Shown here one piece after another: positions 8,830 to 13,043 of a DNA stretch of 13,043 nt (positions are counted from its first letter, which is position 1; every line of letters starts with the position of its first letter). The notes under the pieces were generated by a model. That model was not told the DNA's origin. It saw only the letters and a program-made list of their open reading frames with translations, and searched no databases. This DNA comes from Octopus sinensis. Taxonomy: Eukaryota. Location: the NCBI RefSeq assembly GCF_006345805.1, contig NW_021826448.1:1-13043 (forward strand). The letters run 5' to 3'. A program made the translations under genes and the position numbers.

Positions 8830-8936
8830 TTACCCGTACTTTAGCGCCGAGTTTCATAATAATTATACGTTAGAAGCCTATAGAGAAAGTGGAAACGTCG
8901 AAAAGTACGATATTCCTATGAAAGATCCATCCGGTA
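8830..8936 (+). CDS. Candidate intact exon (107 nt, phase 2 to phase 1)
   Basis: Acceptor TTAGTTTCAG|T and strong donor GTA|GTAAGT enclose an open frame of 35 codons, YPYFSAEFHNNYTLEAYRESGNVEKYDIPMKDPSG. Confidence 0.55.
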
Positions 8937-9144
8937 GTAAGTAAAATATATCTTCTTACCTTGAATGCAAGTGATTGTATAATTCCCTCTGTGTGTATTT
9001 GTGTGTTTGTGTTTGCGTGCGAGCGAACACCTGTTGTCTTCAAAAAGCATTGTCTCATACATGAATACATAAACCATAAATATTTTAGAGTGGTTGTATA
9101 CTGTCAATTTAACGTTACAGTCCTGTAAGGGAATTACACCACCG

Positions 9145-9188
9145 CTGTTTAGCCCTAGGAAGCATCGACATGCTTCCTAGGGCTAAAC

Positions 9189-9190
<2 letters not shown>
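9145..9190. repeat. Perfect 21-bp inverted repeat with 4-nt loop
   Basis: CTGTTTAGCCCTAGGAAGCAT-CGAC-ATGCTTCCTAGGGCTAAACAG, immediately followed by (ATAG)n. Confidence 0.95.
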
Positions 9191-9285
<95 letters not shown>

Positions 9286-9300
9286 TAGATAGATAGATAG
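9190..9300. repeat. (GATA)n microsatellite
   Basis: Visible directly. Confidence 0.95.
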
Positions 9301-9339
9301 CGTAAATCTTTCTATCCATCTCTTTCCATATTCTTCAAG

Positions 9340-9368
9340 TGGCGATTAGAATTCGTTTCGGAAGCGAG
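9340..9368 (+). CDS. Candidate 29-nt micro-exon (phase 1 to phase 0)
   Basis: Pyrimidine tract then TTCTTCAAG|T, and strong donor GAG|GTAAGT. Spliced to 8830-8936 it stays in frame: DPSG-M-AIRIRFGSE. Confidence 0.4.
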
Positions 9369-9370
9369 GT

Positions 9371-9435
9371 AAGTTAACGGTACTGATGAGCAGAAATAAC
9401 TACGAAATATCGATATCTGTTGTACACGTTCACTT
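9371..9435 (+). ncRNA. Type-I hammerhead ribozyme candidate (minimal, palindromic stem III)
   Basis: CTGATGA at 9383-9389, stem II GCAG/CTAC (one mismatch) with loop AAATAA, and GAAA at 9404-9407. Stem III is the palindrome ATATCGATAT (9407-9416), the cleavage triplet is AUC at C9417, and stem I pairs with G-U wobbles. Confidence 0.55.
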
Positions 9436-9504
9436 TCGGAACAATTTCGTTTCGCTTAGTTTTCAAGTATACCGTGTCTTTTAATATTATATATATTTAA
9501 ATGG

Positions 9505-9750
9505 ATTTAGAGTGCTACTTCCCTTATATAACCGAGCAAAAATGCATTAAAAATGCGACAAAATTATGGTAAATTTTTTTCTCATCGTAGACTCATCGTA
9601 GACGCACGCTAATACCAAAAAGGGCTCGATATGAATCATGACTATAAGATACCCGCTTTTGGTTAAACTGCACCGCAAAATGTGGAAATAGTTAGGAATC
9701 TAAATCGGAGGAGACAGACTCTCACACAACTTCAGTTTTATATATAAAGA
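9505..9750 (-). mobile_element. Second Helitron-like copy, lacking the CTAG/hairpin end
   Basis: Homologous to 8455-8699 and retains the TC 5' end (..TATATATAAAGA|T). Confidence 0.75.
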
Positions 9751-10098
9751 TATATATATATATATATATATATTAATTAATTAGAGACAAAACCACTATT
9801 TTGCAAATCAAACCAAGAAAGACTTAATCCAATACATAAAAAAATTTAATATAAATTAAATTATATATATATATGTACACATACGTATTTAAATATAGAT
9901 AGGTTGATAGATAGATAACTACATACATAGATAGAGAATGAGAGAGAGATACGCGTGTGGGCATTGAGTTAATTTAATAAATTTTTAACAAATCTATCCT
10001 TTCGTGTTTTTCAAATGTGGTCTGGCGTTACTCACAACTGGTCTTCTCAGTACTTTTAAAATAGAATACATATATAATTCCAGAAATTACATATTTTT

Positions 10099-10632
<534 letters not shown>

Positions 10633-10633
10633 A

Positions 10634-10915
10634 CCGGAGTAAACACATAAATGTGAAACAAGGTGGAAAAAAGAGTACTCAAATACCAGTGGTAGAGTAA
10701 TATGCTTTATTTTAAGCAGCAAAAAATCAACAAAATCTGTTACTCTGAGTTTCTCGTTGCCGTTCATCAGACAGTTTTTGTTAGAATGGAACCGATATAT
10801 CAATTCAATCTAGACTCTTACAAACGCTACACCTTTAAAAAGAAATGGACTTGTTTGATTGGCCCTTTAAAAAAAAACGGTCAATCTTCGAGCGATAAAC
10901 AAAAAGGTCAAAAAT
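10634..10915 (-). mobile_element. Hammerhead-bearing short element (PLE pseudo-LTR or retrozyme-like), flanked by (TA)n
   Basis: Contains the hammerhead at 10729-10782 and AATAAA about 30 nt downstream on the minus strand (plus 10706-10711). TA-rich repeats flank both sides and the boundaries are approximate. Confidence 0.5.
10729..10782 (-). ncRNA. Type-I hammerhead ribozyme (minimal)
   Basis: Minus strand AACAAAAACTGT-CTGATGA-A-CG-GCAA-CG-A-GAAA-CTC-A-GAG-T-A-ACAGATTTTGTT. Stem I pairs 11 of 12 bp, loop II is a GNRA, the cleavage triplet is GUA, and 10.1/11.1 is an A.A mismatch. Confidence 0.8.
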
Positions 10916-11062
10916 ATATGTATATATATATAAAAAAGCTTAAAAAAATTATAAAAATTATAAAATCCGAGGAAAAAACCTTACATTGAATAAAATACAT
11001 ATTGACATTAATGAAGAAAGTATAAATTAATTCATAGGAATTAAACCTGTTATAAATATTAC

Positions 11063-13041
11063 ACTGCAATACATATTTTTATTAAAATGTGCATATATAT
11101 ATCAACATACACAAAAAGGATGCGCGCCAACGCCATACATATACAGACGTATGAATATAAATCTAAATATACACATAAATGCATGTGTACATATATTCAC
11201 GCAAACCATCTCGCACGCAAGTTAAAAATCGTGTATGTAGCGATTCTCATATACTGAGTAAGGGGGGGAACGAAAGAAAGGAAGAGAGAGAAAAAGGAAT
11301 GAAGGAGGGGTGGGGAAAAAACGAAATAAGAAAAAATTATGTATACAATCTGTGTAACGGCGTTATTGGCATATATGGAGACGCGGATCTTATATGTATA
11401 TATGTATATATGTTTCCTGGTCCTAGTTCTTCGTGCAGCATTATTATCATTATTATCGGACGAGGCAGCATTCCATAATGCTGCACCTTATTACGAAGCG
11501 CATTAAAGAATAGTGGATTCTCGGAGAAGATCCAGTTCAACCAGCTTAATGCTGAATAATAATGCTGCACGAAGAACTAGGACCAGGAAAGTTTTGTGGT
11601 TCAACCCGGCTTTCAATTGGCCGTAAAGACTAATATAGGTAAGGAATTTTTGAGATAGTCTCTAAGCATTTTAAGCAGGGTCATAAATTCTACAGAATAT
11701 TTAATAGAAGAACCCTGAAGGTTAGCTATTCTTGTTGCAGAAATTTCGCCTCTACATTAGCCAACATAATAGGAAGCTAATTGAGATTAGACATGGTGCC
11801 GAGCCCATTAAGAAATGTAATTGCAAAAACGAAAGCTCCTGTCCGTTAGAAGGGAAATGTCTAGTGAAAGGAGTAGTTTATAGAGCCAAGGTGCAAGTGG
11901 AAGGCTCATCGGAATACAAGACATACACAGGGGCTTCAGAAAATTCATTAAAACAAGATTTATTCTCATAAAAATCATTAAATACCCAGAGAATAGGAAG
12001 AAAACCAGCCTAGCAAAATATGTCTGGGAACTAAAAGAAAAGGAAGCCCCACCTTTCAACGTGACATGGAGCATTCTGGACAGGGCGGCACCATACAGGC
12101 ATGGAGCTTACAAAAATAATTTCAAGTGCAGACTTTGTTTATTAGAGAAAATGTATATCTTATTCAAAGACAATAATTCTTTGAATCAAAGAAGTGAGTT
12201 AATGAACTTATGTAGGCACGCGGCTAAATTTAAAATGTCGAAATAAATATACATATGGATAGAGTATATATTTTGTATTTTTGATTTTTGATTTTTGATT
12301 TGACTCTTGAGCGCTACGATGAATTTGGATTCTGTTTCCAAGCTACGTGGATCTTAATCCGTATAGCAAAGTCTTATGTTTCTACATATATATTAGGAAA
12401 AACCTACAACTTGTTTTCATGTTATTGTATTGCATAGGATTACCTTGATTATTTATATTACCTTGATTATTTATATAAATGACCCAAATAGGATGTTATA
12501 TTTTATTTTATTATGTCTTTCGTATATATTTTTATTAATGCACCCATTTTTAAAAGCAATGTTTTTAAAAAAAGCAATGTTGTCAAAATTAGAATGTTAT
12601 ATAAGTATGTGTATAGCAAAGCATATGTATTGTAAGCATGCGTATCTGTGTATGTGTAAGTGAAAGTATGTTTGTGCTTAAGCACACATATACACGACGG
12701 TATGTATATGTATCCATTCAAACTTGTGTATGTATACTGGTCTCTATAGATGCCAATACATCGCTACACTGCTTATTTCGTTTTTTCCCCACCCCTCCTT
12801 CGTTCTTTTTCTCTCTCTCTTTCTTTTCGTTCCCCCTCCTTGCCCAGTATATAAGAATTGCTACATAGATGAATTTTAGCTTGCGTGCGAGACGGTTTGC
12901 GTGAATATGTTACACATGCTTTTATGTGTATATTTAGATTCATATTCATACGTCTGTATATGTATGTATGGCGTTTACGCGCATCCTTTTGTGTATGTTG
13001 ATATATATATGTAGATTTTAATATAAATATGTATTGCAGTA
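11063..13041. repeat. Long imperfect inverted repeat; arms 11063-11382 and 12740-13041 (possible fold-back/TIR element)
   Basis: The reverse complement of 12740-13041 aligns with 11063-11382 at roughly 85% identity by eye. The left arm has a ~20-nt insertion at 11331-11350 and the right arm reaches the window edge. Confidence 0.85.
11453..12246 (+). mobile_element. Penelope-like element, 5'-truncated ORF: RT thumb/linker plus GIY-YIG endonuclease (frameshifted as given)
   Basis: Reads across indels as LSDEAAFHNAAPYYEA.LKNSGF..RKVLWFNPAFN.AVKTNIGKEFL.IVSKHF..FYRIFNRRTLKVSYSC..ISQHNRK..CNCKNESSCPLEGKCLVKGVVYRA..YTGASE..K.RFYSH..TSLAKYVWELK..WSIL..CRLCLLEK..LNQRSE..CRH..*. GVVY/YTG correspond to the GIY/YIG motifs. 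Confidence 0.9.
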
Positions 13042-13043
13042 TT

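Noticed and set aside
8950-9120. Strong minus-strand donor AAG|GTAAGA near 8960 with short ORFs
   Set aside because: No matching acceptor or coherent frame, and the ORFs include low-complexity sequence.
12439-12474. 18-bp tandem duplication ATTACCTTGATTATTTAT x2 as a PLE target-site duplication
   Set aside because: The copies are adjacent rather than flanking the element, which fits local slippage.

Overview
AT-rich, repeat-dense eukaryotic DNA. The SINE and LINE families look like those I recall from octopus or other coleoid cephalopods; this is inference and no search was run. Most of the window is mobile-element debris: tRNA-derived SINEs, R4/Dong-like and CR1-like LINE fragments, two non-autonomous Helitron-like copies, many microsatellites, and a 5'-truncated Penelope-like element (PLE) with a GIY-YIG endonuclease at ~11413-12440. 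The most notable structures are two minimal type-I hammerhead ribozyme candidates (9371-9435 +, 10729-10782 -) and three fold-back inverted repeats (7333-7463, 9145-9190, and one at the PLE 5' end). A pair of ~320-bp inverted arms also encloses the PLE. Several plus-strand segments with splice signals (1700-2022, 3079-3168, 6428-6572, 8830-8936, 9340-9368) may be exons of a host gene for a secreted PAN/apple-like protein. Most frameshifts in the coding-like segments are 1-2 nt deletions in homopolymer or dinucleotide runs, so some apparent pseudogenisation may be assembly error. Most ORFs in the supplied track come from microsatellites, palindromes or antisense repeats.
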